The notes under the pieces: generated by a model
What the model was told of the DNA's origin: nothing
Database searches by the model: none
Seen by the model: the letters and a program-made list of their open reading frames with translations, nothing else
Origin: Desulfobacterales bacterium
GTDB taxonomy: Bacteria > Desulfobacterota > Desulfobacteria > Desulfobacterales > UBA5852
Assembly (NCBI GenBank): GCA_963674755.2
Contig: CAXXVS010000001.1
Location: forward strand, 288,001-352,000
Direction: 5' to 3'
Length of the DNA stretch: 64,000 nt
Position numbers and translations under genes: made by a program
In this document: piece by piece, positions 8,478-18,218 of the stretch
How the letters are laid out: the number at the start of each line of letters is the position of its first letter
Position numbering within the stretch: the first letter of the stretch is position 1

Positions 8478-9914
8478 TTAGCCGTGCAGCGGCCGACCGA
8501 CCGCTTTCAGGGCGGTTTCGCCGATGATCTCGGCCAGGGTGGGGTGGGCATGAATGGTGCCCGCCAGGTCTTCCACCGTCAGTCCCTTGTTCACGGCCAG
8601 GGTGCCTTCGGCGATCAATTCGGTGGCGTGGGGACCGATGATATGGACCCCCAACACCTGGCCCGTGCGCGTTTCGGACACGATTTTGGCCTGGCCGGCG
8701 ATTTCGCCCAAGACCTGGGCCTTGCCCAGGGTGCGGAACAGCACCTCATCGGCCCGGACGGCATGGCCGGCGGCCAGGGCCTGGGATTCCGTCAGGCCCA
8801 CCGTGGCCACCTCCGGCGATGTGAAGATGGCGCCGGGAACGGCATGGTATTCCATCCGGCGGTCGCCATCCAGGACATTGTCCGCAGCCACCAGACCTTC
8901 GGCGGAAGCCGCGTGGGCCAGCATGACGCGGTTGGGCCCCAATACATCTCCTACCGCGTAAATGCTCGGATCGGCGGTCTGCAGGCGGTCATCGGTTTTG
9001 ACCCAGCCCCGTTCGTCAAATTCCACCCGGGTTTGTTCCAGGCCGATACCGTCGGTATTGGGCGTTCGGCCCACGGCGACCAAAACCGTATCCACCGCGA
9101 TTTCGACGGGCGCTTTCTCTTTGGCCGAAGGGGTTTCATTGAAAGGTGAGGGTCCGATAACGGCCCGCAACCCGTCCTGGGTTTCGCCGACGGACCGGAC
9201 CGCACGGTGGGTCATGCAGGCGATACGGCGCTTTTTCATTTCCCTCTGCAACACTTTGCTGCAGGCCGCATCCACCGACGGCAGGGGCAATAAGCGGTCC
9301 AGGGCTTCCACGATGGTGACCTGGGCGCCCAAGGTGCCGAAGATGTGCGCAAACTCGCATCCGATGACGCCGCCCCCCACGATCAGGAGCGATGGCGGCA
9401 CGCGGTCGAGGGCGAGGGCGTCATTGCTGGAGAGAATACGCCGGCCGTCCACGGCCAGGCCGGGGAGGTCCATGGGGCGCGAGCCGGTGGCCAAGATCAG
9501 CCGGTCCCACGTCACCACGGCGTTCGGGCCTTCGGGCGGTCTAATCTCGGTTACACCGGTCTTCAGGATTTTGGCGGTACCTTGGTGGTAGCGGATACGG
9601 TGATGGGCGAAGAGGCTGTGCAGGCCTTTGATCTGGTCCTGGATCACCTTCTCCTTGCGGGCCATCAGGCGGGTCATATCGACCGTCGCGGGGCCCGGCA
9701 GTTCGATGCCGAAATCGGCGGCCCGGCGGCAATCCGCAAAGCGCTCGGCGGCGCTGATGAGCACTTTGGAGGGGATGCAGCCCCAATTGAGGCAGGTTCC
9801 GCCGGGGGCTTCCTTTTCGATCAGGGTGACGTCGGCGCCAAGCTGGGCGGCACGGACCGCCGCCACGTAACCGCCGGGACCGGCGCCCATGATGCAGATG
9901 CGTTTGGCCATCAC
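8478..9914 (-). CDS. lpdA: Dihydrolipoyl dehydrogenase (L protein of glycine cleavage)
   Basis: GAGPGGY, GGTCLNWGCIPSK redox disulfide, GGGVIGCE, HAHPTLAE; divergent from the gcv genes. Confidence 0.96.
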   Translation of the reverse strand: MMAKRICIMGAGPGGYVAAVRAAQLGADVTLIEKEAPGGTCLNWGCIPSKVLISAAERFADCRRAADFGIELPGPATVDMTRLMARKEKVIQDQIKGLHSLFAHHRIRYHQGTAKILKTGVTEIRPPEGPNAVVTWDRLILATGSRPMDLPGLAVDGRRILSSNDALALDRVPPSLLIVGGGVIGCEFAHIFGTLGAQVTIVEALDRLLPLPSVDAACSKVLQREMKKRRIACMTHRAVRSVGETQDGLRAVIGPSPFNETPSAKEKAPVEIAVDTVLVAVGRTPNTDGIGLEQTRVEFDERGWVKTDDRLQTADPSIYAVGDVLGPNRVMLAHAASAEGLVAADNVLDGDRRMEYHAVPGAIFTSPEVATVGLTESQALAAGHAVRADEVLFRTLGKAQVLGEIAGQAKIVSETRTGQVLGVHIIGPHATELIAEGTLAVNKGLTVEDLAGTIHAHPTLAEIIGETALKAVGRPLHG

Positions 9915-10141
9915 GCTTCTCCTTGCCGGGGGAATCCGATGGGGATTGCGGCCCGATCAACGCTATCAGATCCACCATCAGGATCAACCATAATAAATCA
10001 TGCCTACGGAAACTAAAATAGGGTTGCTTATTTCATAAAAAGTGAATATCAAAATTTATGAATCAATCAAATTAATAAAAGTTTTTGACCGGTCTTACAT
10101 GGGGCCGGATTGCAGCCGCCATTCCATCGACCATTACGCCT

Positions 10142-10292
10142 TACCAGGCTGTGGATAACCAACAGGTCGAAAGGCAAGGCGCCGTTTCGCAGGGACGGGC
10201 TTCACCTTGGCCTATAGGATCAGCTGAGAACTCCCGCAGCGCGGGACAACGCCGCATTTCGGCCTGAGGCGCCGTTTATCCACCGTCTGCTA
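10142..10292 (-). repeat. MITE-like element with imperfect terminal inverted repeats
   Basis: taccaggctgtggataa ... ttatccaccgtctgcta; internal caaggcg/cgcag/aacgccg blocks are the reverse complement of the core shared with the other repeats. Confidence 0.6.
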
Positions 10293-10497
10293 GGGCGGCC
10301 GGCGCGTAGGTTGTGATTGGGGCTTGTCATGCCCAACGGACAGCTGCTATGTCCGCCTAGGGCACAATCGCAGCCTTACCCCTCGTAAATTGCAGTCCGA
10401 ACCGAGCTCGCTTGCGAACGCTTTTTCTCCTCTCTGTCTTTTGATCCGTATCGAGGCGGATGCCAATGCCAGCCCTATTCCGACAGGAGATGCACCC

Positions 10498-11769
10498 ATG
10501 GCCCCTCTCCAAACGCCCCTCTATGCCTGGCACACCGCCCACGGCGCCCGCCTGGCAGTTTTCGGGGGCTATGATATGCCCCTGTGGTACGGTTCGGCCA
10601 AAGATGAACATCTGGCGGTCCTGACCCACGCCGGGCTCTTTGACACCAGCCACATGGCCGTCGTCATGGTGGATGGCCCGGAGGCTTTCGATCTGCTCCA
10701 GTTTTGTTTTACCACCGACCTGGCGGCCTGCCTGGGACCTCGCAAAGCGCCCCTCAAACCGGGACGCGCGGTCTATGGGGCTTTTCTGACCGAGGCGGGT
10801 CATGTCCTTGACGATGCGATCGTGTTCATGCTGGGCGGGACCTCCTTCATGGTGGTGGTCAATGCGGGTATGGGCCCGGCCGTGGCGCGTCATTTGACGG
10901 ATTGCCGGCGCGGTGGCCAGGCCGAGGTCAGGGACCTCTCCGGCCAGGTGGGCAAGATGGATGTCCAGGGGCCGCTGGCGGCCACGATCATGGGGGAGGT
11001 GTTGCGGGAGCCGGAGGCGGTCTTCGAGGGGATGCCCTATTTCGCGTTTAAGGGCGGGTTCGGGGAGAGACCGCCTGCCGTGGGCGCGGTGGTCACCCGT
11101 GACGGCGTGCCGCTGCTGCTGTCCCGCACAGGGTACACCGGGGAGTTCGGTTTTGAGATCTTCACCGCGGCCGATGCCATTGCCGGTGTCTGGGAGACGA
11201 TTGTCGCCACCGGCCAGCGCTACGGCGCCATCCCCTGCGGGCTGGCCGCCCGGGATTCGCTGCGGGCCGGGGCGGTGTTGCCCTTGTCCCACCAGGACAT
11301 CGGGGCCTGGCCTTTTTGCCATCACCCCTGGCCGTTTGCCCTGCCATACATGCCGGACAAAAGCCAATTTTCCAAGCCGTTTCTGGGGGGCGCGGCCCTG
11401 GAACCCTGCCAGGCGCCCTTTACTTATCCTTTTGTGGGCCAAGACCTGCGCAAGGTGTCCCCGCCGGCGGAGGTGCTCGACCAAGATGAGCGGGTTCTGG
11501 GTCAGGTGTTGACCTGTGTCACGGATATGGCCATCGGATGGCACGCCAATCGTGTGGTCAGCGTCGCCAGTCCGGATCGGCCCCCGGACTTCAGGGCCGG
11601 TGGCCTAAGCTGCGGATTCGTCAAGGTGGCGGACCCTCTGCCGTGGAACACGACATTGATCCTCAAAGACAAGCGCCGGCAAATTGCCGTCCGTGTCGTG
11701 AAAGACATTCGACCGGACCGAACGGCTCGCCGACCTATTCAAACGATGCTGCAACCAAAGGAGGAATGA
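10498..11769 (+). CDS. gcvT: Glycine cleavage system aminomethyltransferase T
   Basis: TPLY..H...GA....FGGYDMPLWY, GLFDTSHM, SRTGYTGEFGFEI, GLAARDSLR; SD AGGAG before ATG 10498. Confidence 0.93.
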   Translation: MAPLQTPLYAWHTAHGARLAVFGGYDMPLWYGSAKDEHLAVLTHAGLFDTSHMAVVMVDGPEAFDLLQFCFTTDLAACLGPRKAPLKPGRAVYGAFLTEAGHVLDDAIVFMLGGTSFMVVVNAGMGPAVARHLTDCRRGGQAEVRDLSGQVGKMDVQGPLAATIMGEVLREPEAVFEGMPYFAFKGGFGERPPAVGAVVTRDGVPLLLSRTGYTGEFGFEIFTAADAIAGVWETIVATGQRYGAIPCGLAARDSLRAGAVLPLSHQDIGAWPFCHHPWPFALPYMPDKSQFSKPFLGGAALEPCQAPFTYPFVGQDLRKVSPPAEVLDQDERVLGQVLTCVTDMAIGWHANRVVSVASPDRPPDFRAGGLSCGFVKVADPLPWNTTLILKDKRRQIAVRVVKDIRPDRTARRPIQTMLQPKEE

Positions 11770-11772
11770 TCC

Positions 11773-12174
11773 ATGAAAGAACTCAGTGAACTCAACCTGC
11801 CCGAAGACGTCCGCTACACCAAGGATCACGAGTGGGCGCGCCGCAAAGGGGAGACTTTCCAGATCGGCATCACCGATTTTGCCCAGGATCAACTGGGCGA
11901 CATCGTTTTTGTCGAATTGCCGGAGCCGGGGGACGTCTTCCAGAACGGGGACGAATTCGGCACGGTGGAGTCGGTCAAGGCGGTCTCGGAGCTGTTCATG
12001 CCTTTGGGCGGTGAGGTTGCGACCGTCAATGCCGCGCTGGAGGATTCCCCGGAACTGGTCAACAACGCTCCCTACACCGAGGGCTGGATGCTGGAGATCG
12101 CGGCCTCCGATCCCTCCGAGTTCGATCAGATGATGGACCGCGAGGCGTATCTTGAGATGCTGAAAGGATCGTAA
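11773..12174 (+). CDS. gcvH: Glycine cleavage system H protein
   Basis: YTKDHEW, GITDFAQDQLGDIVFVELP, VESVKA lipoyl-lysine motif. Confidence 0.97.
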   Translation: MKELSELNLPEDVRYTKDHEWARRKGETFQIGITDFAQDQLGDIVFVELPEPGDVFQNGDEFGTVESVKAVSELFMPLGGEVATVNAALEDSPELVNNAPYTEGWMLEIAASDPSEFDQMMDREAYLEMLKGS

Positions 12175-12176
12175 GA

Positions 12177-13508
12177 ATGAGATACTTATCCCATACCCCT
12201 GAAGACCTGGCCGCCATGCTGCAGGTCGTGGGCGTGAAGGATCTGGAAGGACTCTTCCGCACCATCCCCGAGGACTGTCGACGGACGGCTCCCCTGGATC
12301 TTCCGGAAATGACCGAGTGGGAGTTGAACGATCACATGGCCCGGCTGGCCGACCGGATGGTCTCCTGGGCCGATTATAAAACGTTTGCCGGTGCCGGGAG
12401 CTATCATCACTACATCCCGGAGGTTACCCGCTCTCTGCTGAGCCGTTCCGAATTCGTCACGGCCTATACGCCCTACCAGCCGGAAATCAGCCAGGGGACC
12501 TTGCAGGGCATCTTCGAATACCAGACCCTGGTGTGCCGTCTGCTCGGAATGGAGGTGGCCAATGCTTCCCTCTACGACGGGGCTATGGCCGTAGCTGAGG
12601 CGCTGCTCATGGCGATCCGCATCGGTCGACGGAAGAAGACCGTGGCGGTTTCCACCCTGGTCAACCCTTACTACCGCAAGGTGGTGGAAACCTATCTGGC
12701 GCCCACCGAATTCAACGTCGTCTGGCTGCCCTACCGCCCGGACGGCACCACCGATCTTTCCGGCCTGGACGCCATCGCGGATCTGGCCGGCGTGGCGGTG
12801 CAGTCTCCCAATTTTTTGGGCGGCATCGAAGATCTGGCAGCCGCCGGCAAAGCCATCCACGACCGGGATGCCATTTTTATTACCTGTTTCAGCGAGCCCT
12901 TGGCCTACGGGATTCTGAAGGCCCCCGGTGCGCTGGACGCCGACATCGTGTGTGGCGAAGGCCAGAGCCTGGGCATTCCCCAGTCCTTTGGCGGGCCGGG
13001 GCTGGGCGTGTTTGCGGCCAAGCAGCAATATGTGCGCAATCTCCCGGGCCGTCTCGTGGGCCAGACCGTGGATGCCGACGGCAAACGGGGCTTCGTGCTG
13101 ACGCTTTCCACCCGCGAGCAGCATATCCGGCGTGAGAAGGCGACCTCCAATATCTGCTCCAATCAAAGCCTGTGCGCCATGGCGGCCGGCATGTACATGG
13201 CCGCCCTGGGGGGAACCGGCTTTCGGGAGTTGGCGCAGCTCAATCACGACAAGGCCGAATATCTGAAATCCGCCCTCCAGGCGGCGGGCCTGGAAATTCC
13301 CTTTGCGAGCACCACCTTCAATGAATTCGTGGTGAAACTCCCGAAGGGTTTCGACCAGAAGTGGCAGGCCCTGCTGCAAAAGAAGATTCTGGCCGGCATT
13401 CCTATGGTTTGCTACTACCCGGAGCTGGCCGACCATTATCTTTTCTGCGTGACCGAAACCCGTAGCAAAGACGACATGGATGCGCTCGTCAAGGAGGTGC
13501 AAGCATGA
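12177..13508 (+). CDS. gcvPA: Glycine dehydrogenase (decarboxylating) subunit 1
   Basis: TAYTPYQPEISQGTLQ, NASLYDG, TREQHIRREKATSNICSNQ. Confidence 0.97.
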   Translation: MRYLSHTPEDLAAMLQVVGVKDLEGLFRTIPEDCRRTAPLDLPEMTEWELNDHMARLADRMVSWADYKTFAGAGSYHHYIPEVTRSLLSRSEFVTAYTPYQPEISQGTLQGIFEYQTLVCRLLGMEVANASLYDGAMAVAEALLMAIRIGRRKKTVAVSTLVNPYYRKVVETYLAPTEFNVVWLPYRPDGTTDLSGLDAIADLAGVAVQSPNFLGGIEDLAAAGKAIHDRDAIFITCFSEPLAYGILKAPGALDADIVCGEGQSLGIPQSFGGPGLGVFAAKQQYVRNLPGRLVGQTVDADGKRGFVLTLSTREQHIRREKATSNICSNQSLCAMAAGMYMAALGGTGFRELAQLNHDKAEYLKSALQAAGLEIPFASTTFNEFVVKLPKGFDQKWQALLQKKILAGIPMVCYYPELADHYLFCVTETRSKDDMDALVKEVQA

Positions 13509-14959
13509 ACGAAAGCATCGGCACACGCGGACTGATTTTAAACGAGCCCTTTCTGTGGGAGCGCGGCCGCAAGGGGCGCAGCGGCTATTCGCTGCCCCGG
13601 CGGGATGTGGACCCGGCACCGCTGCCGGAGCACCTGGCCGGTGAGGGCCCGGATTTCCCCGACCTGAGCGAAGTCGAAGTGGTGCGCCATTACACCCGGC
13701 TTTCCACCTGGAATTACGGGGTGGATTCCGGCATGTATCCCCTGGGCTCCTGCACCATGAAATACAACCCCAAAACCAACGAACGCCAGGCCTCCCTGCC
13801 CGGCTTCGCAGGGGCCCATCCTCTGGTGCCGAGTGAATTGTGCCAGGGGGCCCTGCAGCTGATCTATGAGCTGGAGCACTATCTGGCCCATGTGGCCGGC
13901 CTGGAGGCCGCCACGGTACAGCCGTCGGCCGGCGCCCAGGGGGAATTGACGGGAATGCTCATATTCTCGGCTTACCACCGGGACCGGGGCAAACCACGCA
14001 CCAAGATCCTGATTCCGGATACCGCCCACGGCACCAACCCGGCCAGCGCCGCCCTGTGTGGGTTCAAGGCCGTGCCGGTGGAGACCGGACCGGACGGGGT
14101 CCTGTTGCCCGAGGCGGTGGAAGCGCTCATGGACGAGGATACGGCCGGGATCATGGTGACCAATCCCAACACTCTGGGCCTGTTTGAAACCCATATCCAG
14201 GCCATTGCCGCCATCGTACATGCCAAGGACGGCCTGGTCTATGCGGACGGGGCCAACATGAACGCCGTCATGGGGGTGGTGGACTTCGGCCGGGCCGGCG
14301 TGGACGTGCTGCACATCAATCTGCACAAGACCTTCTCGACGCCTCACGGGGGCGGCGGACCGGGTTCCGGCCCGGTCTGCGTGGGCAAACGCCTGGCGCC
14401 TTTCCTGCCGGCCCCGCGGGTGGTGAAAACCGGCGAGGGCTACCTGCTTTCCGAAGACTTTCCCAAAAGCATCGGCAAGCTGCATGCCTTTTACGGCAAC
14501 TTCGGGATCATGGTACGGGCCTACAGCTACATCCTCTCCATGGGGCCGAAGCTGAAAGATGTCAGCCAGCATGCGGTCCTGAACGCCAATTACATCAAAG
14601 AGCTGCTCAAGGATGTCTATCATCTGCCCTTCGACGTGCCCTGCATGCACGAGTGCGTCTTTACGGACAAGTTTCTCGAGAAGCATAAGGTGACGACCCT
14701 GGACGTGGCCAAACGGCTGATCGATTACGGCTTTCATCCGCCGACGATCTACTTCCCGCTGGTGGTTCACGGGGCCATCATGATCGAGCCCACGGAATCG
14801 GAGTCCAAGGAGACCATCGACCAGTTCATCGCCACCATGCGGGCCATCGCCCAGGAGGCCCAGGAGGATCCGTCCCTTCTGCAGCAGGCCCCCCATAAGC
14901 CCAAGGTGCGTCGGATGGACGAAACCGCCGCTGCCCGCAAACCCTGCCTGAGAGGATAA
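13505..14959 (+). CDS. gcvPB: Glycine dehydrogenase (decarboxylating) subunit 2
   Basis: YPLGSCTMKYNPK, AHGTNPASA, HINLHKTFSTPHGGGGPG PLP-lysine motif. Confidence 0.97.
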   Translation: MNESIGTRGLILNEPFLWERGRKGRSGYSLPRRDVDPAPLPEHLAGEGPDFPDLSEVEVVRHYTRLSTWNYGVDSGMYPLGSCTMKYNPKTNERQASLPGFAGAHPLVPSELCQGALQLIYELEHYLAHVAGLEAATVQPSAGAQGELTGMLIFSAYHRDRGKPRTKILIPDTAHGTNPASAALCGFKAVPVETGPDGVLLPEAVEALMDEDTAGIMVTNPNTLGLFETHIQAIAAIVHAKDGLVYADGANMNAVMGVVDFGRAGVDVLHINLHKTFSTPHGGGGPGSGPVCVGKRLAPFLPAPRVVKTGEGYLLSEDFPKSIGKLHAFYGNFGIMVRAYSYILSMGPKLKDVSQHAVLNANYIKELLKDVYHLPFDVPCMHECVFTDKFLEKHKVTTLDVAKRLIDYGFHPPTIYFPLVVHGAIMIEPTESESKETIDQFIATMRAIAQEAQEDPSLLQQAPHKPKVRRMDETAAARKPCLRG

Positions 14960-15081
14960 AACGGTCTGGGCGAGGGGTCTTGTAAATATGGATGACCCTC
15001 CTTGCGGGGAGCGCAAAGCCGGACCCCTTTGCGCTCCCCGATCAAAGCGGGATTTCGCAAATCACCGGATAACGATAGGCC

Positions 15082-15525
15082 ATGAAAATCGACGATACGA
15101 CGATTGCCATTATCAAACATCTGCGCGACGGTCGCAAATCCTTCAAGCGCATCGCCGAGAATCTCAATCTGGCAGAAAATACGGTGCGTTCCCGAGTGCG
15201 TCAACTGGTGGATCAGGGGGTTCTGGAAATCGCCGGTTTGGTGGATCCCGAGTCCATCCCCAGCCACCAGCCGGTGATCATCGGCGTCAAGCTTAAAACC
15301 ACCGACATGTTCAAGAAGGGCGAAGAATTCAGCCACCTCAAGGGCGTTGTCTCCGTCAGCGTGGTCACCGGCCGCTACGATTTGATTCTGGTGGTGCTTT
15401 TCAAAGAAGGCTACGGTCTGGAGGAATTCTATACCGAAGAAGTCGTCCGGATCGAAGACGTGCAGTCTTTGGAAACCTTTGTGGTCTGCAAAGGGTACAA
15501 CCTCAAAGTCCCTTACATACTTTAG
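15082..15525 (+). CDS. Lrp/AsnC family transcriptional regulator
   Basis: N-terminal HTH (LRDGRKSFKRIAENL..ENTVRSRVRQL); C-terminal RAM domain with VTGRYDL. Confidence 0.92.
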   Translation: MKIDDTTIAIIKHLRDGRKSFKRIAENLNLAENTVRSRVRQLVDQGVLEIAGLVDPESIPSHQPVIIGVKLKTTDMFKKGEEFSHLKGVVSVSVVTGRYDLILVVLFKEGYGLEEFYTEEVVRIEDVQSLETFVVCKGYNLKVPYIL

Positions 15526-15543
15526 ACGTCATGCAGATGGAGT

Positions 15544-17979
15544 GTGCCTGTGGAAACTTATGAAAAGCTGGGTAGCTTTTACTTGGGGAAGACGGTTGCC
15601 ACGGATGGCCGGGGACAGCCGCCGGAGCTGGTGCTTTACGATTCCAAGGACCTGACCACGCATGCCGTGATCATCGGTATGACCGGCAGCGGCAAAACCG
15701 GCCTGGGGGTGGCCCTGCTGGAAGAGGCCCTGATCGACAAGATTCCGGTCATTGCCATCGATCCCAAGGGGGATCTCACGAATTTGGCCCTGACCTTTCC
15801 CGGTATGCAGGCCGAGGACCTCCAGCCCTGGGTCAATCCCCAGGAAGCTCTGGCCAAGGGCAAGACGGTGGCGGCCTACGCCGCGGACGAGGCCCGCAAG
15901 TGGACCGACGGTCTGGCGCAGTGGGGGCAGGATACGGAGCGCATCGCCCGGCTGAAAGCCGCCGCCGAACTGACCCTCTACACCCCCGGCAGCAGTGCGG
16001 GGACACCCGTCAGCCTGCTGCGGCAGTTCAACGCGCCACCGACGGCGGTTATCGACGATCCGGATTTGTTCAGCGAACGCATCGAAACCACCACCAGCAG
16101 CCTGATGGCCTTGCTGGACCTGGCGGCAGACCCGCTTTCCAGCCGGGAACATATCCTGGTGGCCAATATCTTCAGCCACATCTGGCGGGAAGGGCAGGGG
16201 CTGGATCTGGCCGGTTTGATCCAGGCCATTCAGAATCCGCCTTTCGCGCGGGTCGGCATCATGGATCTGGACAGCTTTTATCCCGCCAAAGATCGCTTCG
16301 CTCTGGCCATGCGCATCAACAACCTGCTGGCGGCGCCGGGGTTTGGCGCCTGGCTGGAAGGCACACCGCTCAGCATTCCCGCGTTGCTGCACACCCCGAC
16401 CGGCCAGCCGCGGGCTTCGGTATTCACCATCAGCCACCTTTCGGATGCCCAACGCATGTTTTTCGTGTCCATGCTGCTGAACGAATTGCTGGGATGGATG
16501 CGCACCCAACCGGGCACCACCAGCCTGAGAGCGATTCTCTATATGGACGAAGTTTTCGGGTATTTCCCGCCGGTTAGCAATCCGCCGTCCAAAACCCCAC
16601 TGCTGCGGCTTCTCAAACAGGCCCGGGCTTTCGGCCTGGGGGTGGTACTGGCCACCCAGAACCCGGTGGACCTGGACTATCGGGGGCTGTCCAACACCGG
16701 CACCTGGTTGATCGGGCGCCTGCAAACCGAGCGGGACCAGATGCGCGTCATGGACGGCCTGCAGGGCGGTGCCCTGGGAGGGCGAATGGATACCGGGCGC
16801 CTCAAGCCGCTATTGGCCGGGTTGGAGAGCCGCACCTTTTTGCTGCACAATGTGCATGAAGACGGGCCGGTGGTGTTCAAATCCCGCTGGGCTTTATCCT
16901 ACCTGCGGGGGCCGCTTACCCGGGAACAGATCAAACAATTGAATCCCCAAACCAAGGATGCCGGACTATCCTTCGTACCGGAACGGGCGACGGCCGTGGA
17001 TGCCGCCCAAGCGCCGGTAGCCCGGCCGGCCGCGCCAACCGTGCCGCCCGACATCCCGGTTTATTTCGTCAAAGGATCGGGGGCCGGCCGGAACGGCACC
17101 TATGTCCCGCACGTTTTGGGCCAGATGGCGATCTATTACAGCAGTGCCAAATATCAGGTGGACCTGGCGCGTTCGCTGGCCCTGGCAGCCCCTCTGGAGG
17201 ATGGCCCCGTCCCCCTCGATTGGGATGCCGCCGTGGCACTCAGCGCCGATGCCGACATGCTGGCAGAGGATCCCATGTCCGGTGTCGGTTTCGGGGATCT
17301 GCCCGGCGTCGCCCTCAAGCCGTCCGCCTATCGCAAATGGCAACACGATCTGGTGCGCTGGGCCAAGGCGAACCATCCCGTTACCTTGCTGCGTTGCAAG
17401 TCCCTGAAGGTGACCAGCACGCCGGAAGAGCGCGAGGGGGATTTTCGCAGCCGGCTGGCCCTGGCCCTGCACGAGCAGCGGGACCTGGCGGTGGAAAAGC
17501 TGAGGCGCAAATACGCCAACCGGTTTCAAACGCTGCAAAACAGGTTGATGACCGCGGAGCAGGCCATTGCCCGGGAAGCGGAACAGGCCAAGGCCCGTCA
17601 GATGGACACCGTCATTTCTTTTGGAACGGCTATTTTGGGTGCGTTTTTGGGCCGCAAGACCGTCAGTGCCCGGTCTACCTCCCGTGTGGGGACGGCCTTG
17701 AAATCGGCCGGACGCATGCAAAAAGAGAAAATGGATGTCGAGCGCGCCCGGGAACGGGCGGATGCCGTCCGGAAGCAATTGGGAGAGCTCGAGAGTCGCC
17801 TGCAGGACGACATCCAACGCCTGGAAATGCAGTTCGATCCCGAAAGTGAACCCCTGGAGGAGATCCGGATTGCGCCGAAACTCTCCGATATCACGGTGGA
17901 ACTCTTCGGACTGGCCTGGCTCCCCTATCGCCAGAGCGACCAGGGGCGGTTTCTGCCGGATTGGCGCGAAGCCGTTTAA
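15544..17979 (+). CDS. HerA/FtsK-like (DUF87-type) P-loop ATPase with C-terminal coiled coil
   Basis: HAVIIGMTGSGKT Walker A, IDPKGD, LYMDE Walker B, ATQNPVDLD; GTG start at 15544 or 15550. Confidence 0.85.
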   Translation: MPVETYEKLGSFYLGKTVATDGRGQPPELVLYDSKDLTTHAVIIGMTGSGKTGLGVALLEEALIDKIPVIAIDPKGDLTNLALTFPGMQAEDLQPWVNPQEALAKGKTVAAYAADEARKWTDGLAQWGQDTERIARLKAAAELTLYTPGSSAGTPVSLLRQFNAPPTAVIDDPDLFSERIETTTSSLMALLDLAADPLSSREHILVANIFSHIWREGQGLDLAGLIQAIQNPPFARVGIMDLDSFYPAKDRFALAMRINNLLAAPGFGAWLEGTPLSIPALLHTPTGQPRASVFTISHLSDAQRMFFVSMLLNELLGWMRTQPGTTSLRAILYMDEVFGYFPPVSNPPSKTPLLRLLKQARAFGLGVVLATQNPVDLDYRGLSNTGTWLIGRLQTERDQMRVMDGLQGGALGGRMDTGRLKPLLAGLESRTFLLHNVHEDGPVVFKSRWALSYLRGPLTREQIKQLNPQTKDAGLSFVPERATAVDAAQAPVARPAAPTVPPDIPVYFVKGSGAGRNGTYVPHVLGQMAIYYSSAKYQVDLARSLALAAPLEDGPVPLDWDAAVALSADADMLAEDPMSGVGFGDLPGVALKPSAYRKWQHDLVRWAKANHPVTLLRCKSLKVTSTPEEREGDFRSRLALALHEQRDLAVEKLRRKYANRFQTLQNRLMTAEQAIAREAEQAKARQMDTVISFGTAILGAFLGRKTVSARSTSRVGTALKSAGRMQKEKMDVERARERADAVRKQLGELESRLQDDIQRLEMQFDPESEPLEEIRIAPKLSDITVELFGLAWLPYRQSDQGRFLPDWREAV

Positions 17980-18218
17980 GGCTTAGGTTGTAAAGACAAC
18001 CGCCGCCGATTGGCGCTGATTACCGGCAAGCGCCAAATCCAGGAATGCCGAACGTCAGTGCTACCCGTCCTGCAACAGGAAGCCTGACGCTTAACCCGTT
18101 GCGAAGCCCGTAGCGACGGCGCGGCCGCCGATTTGTAGACGGTCCCCGCGGTGTCGCTTGAGGTGACGGATCACGATCGCGCTACGCCACGGACGACATC
18201 TCCCGCGCAGGAGGTGCC

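Noticed and set aside
10293..10497. Glycine riboswitch upstream of gcvT
   Set aside because: No recognisable glycine aptamer (GGAGA...CCGAAG...CUCUCAGG) pattern; the structured segment nearby is a repeat element, and an Lrp regulator is present instead
12186..15016. 477-aa and 492-aa minus-strand ORFs
   Set aside because: Antisense shadows of gcvPA and gcvPB
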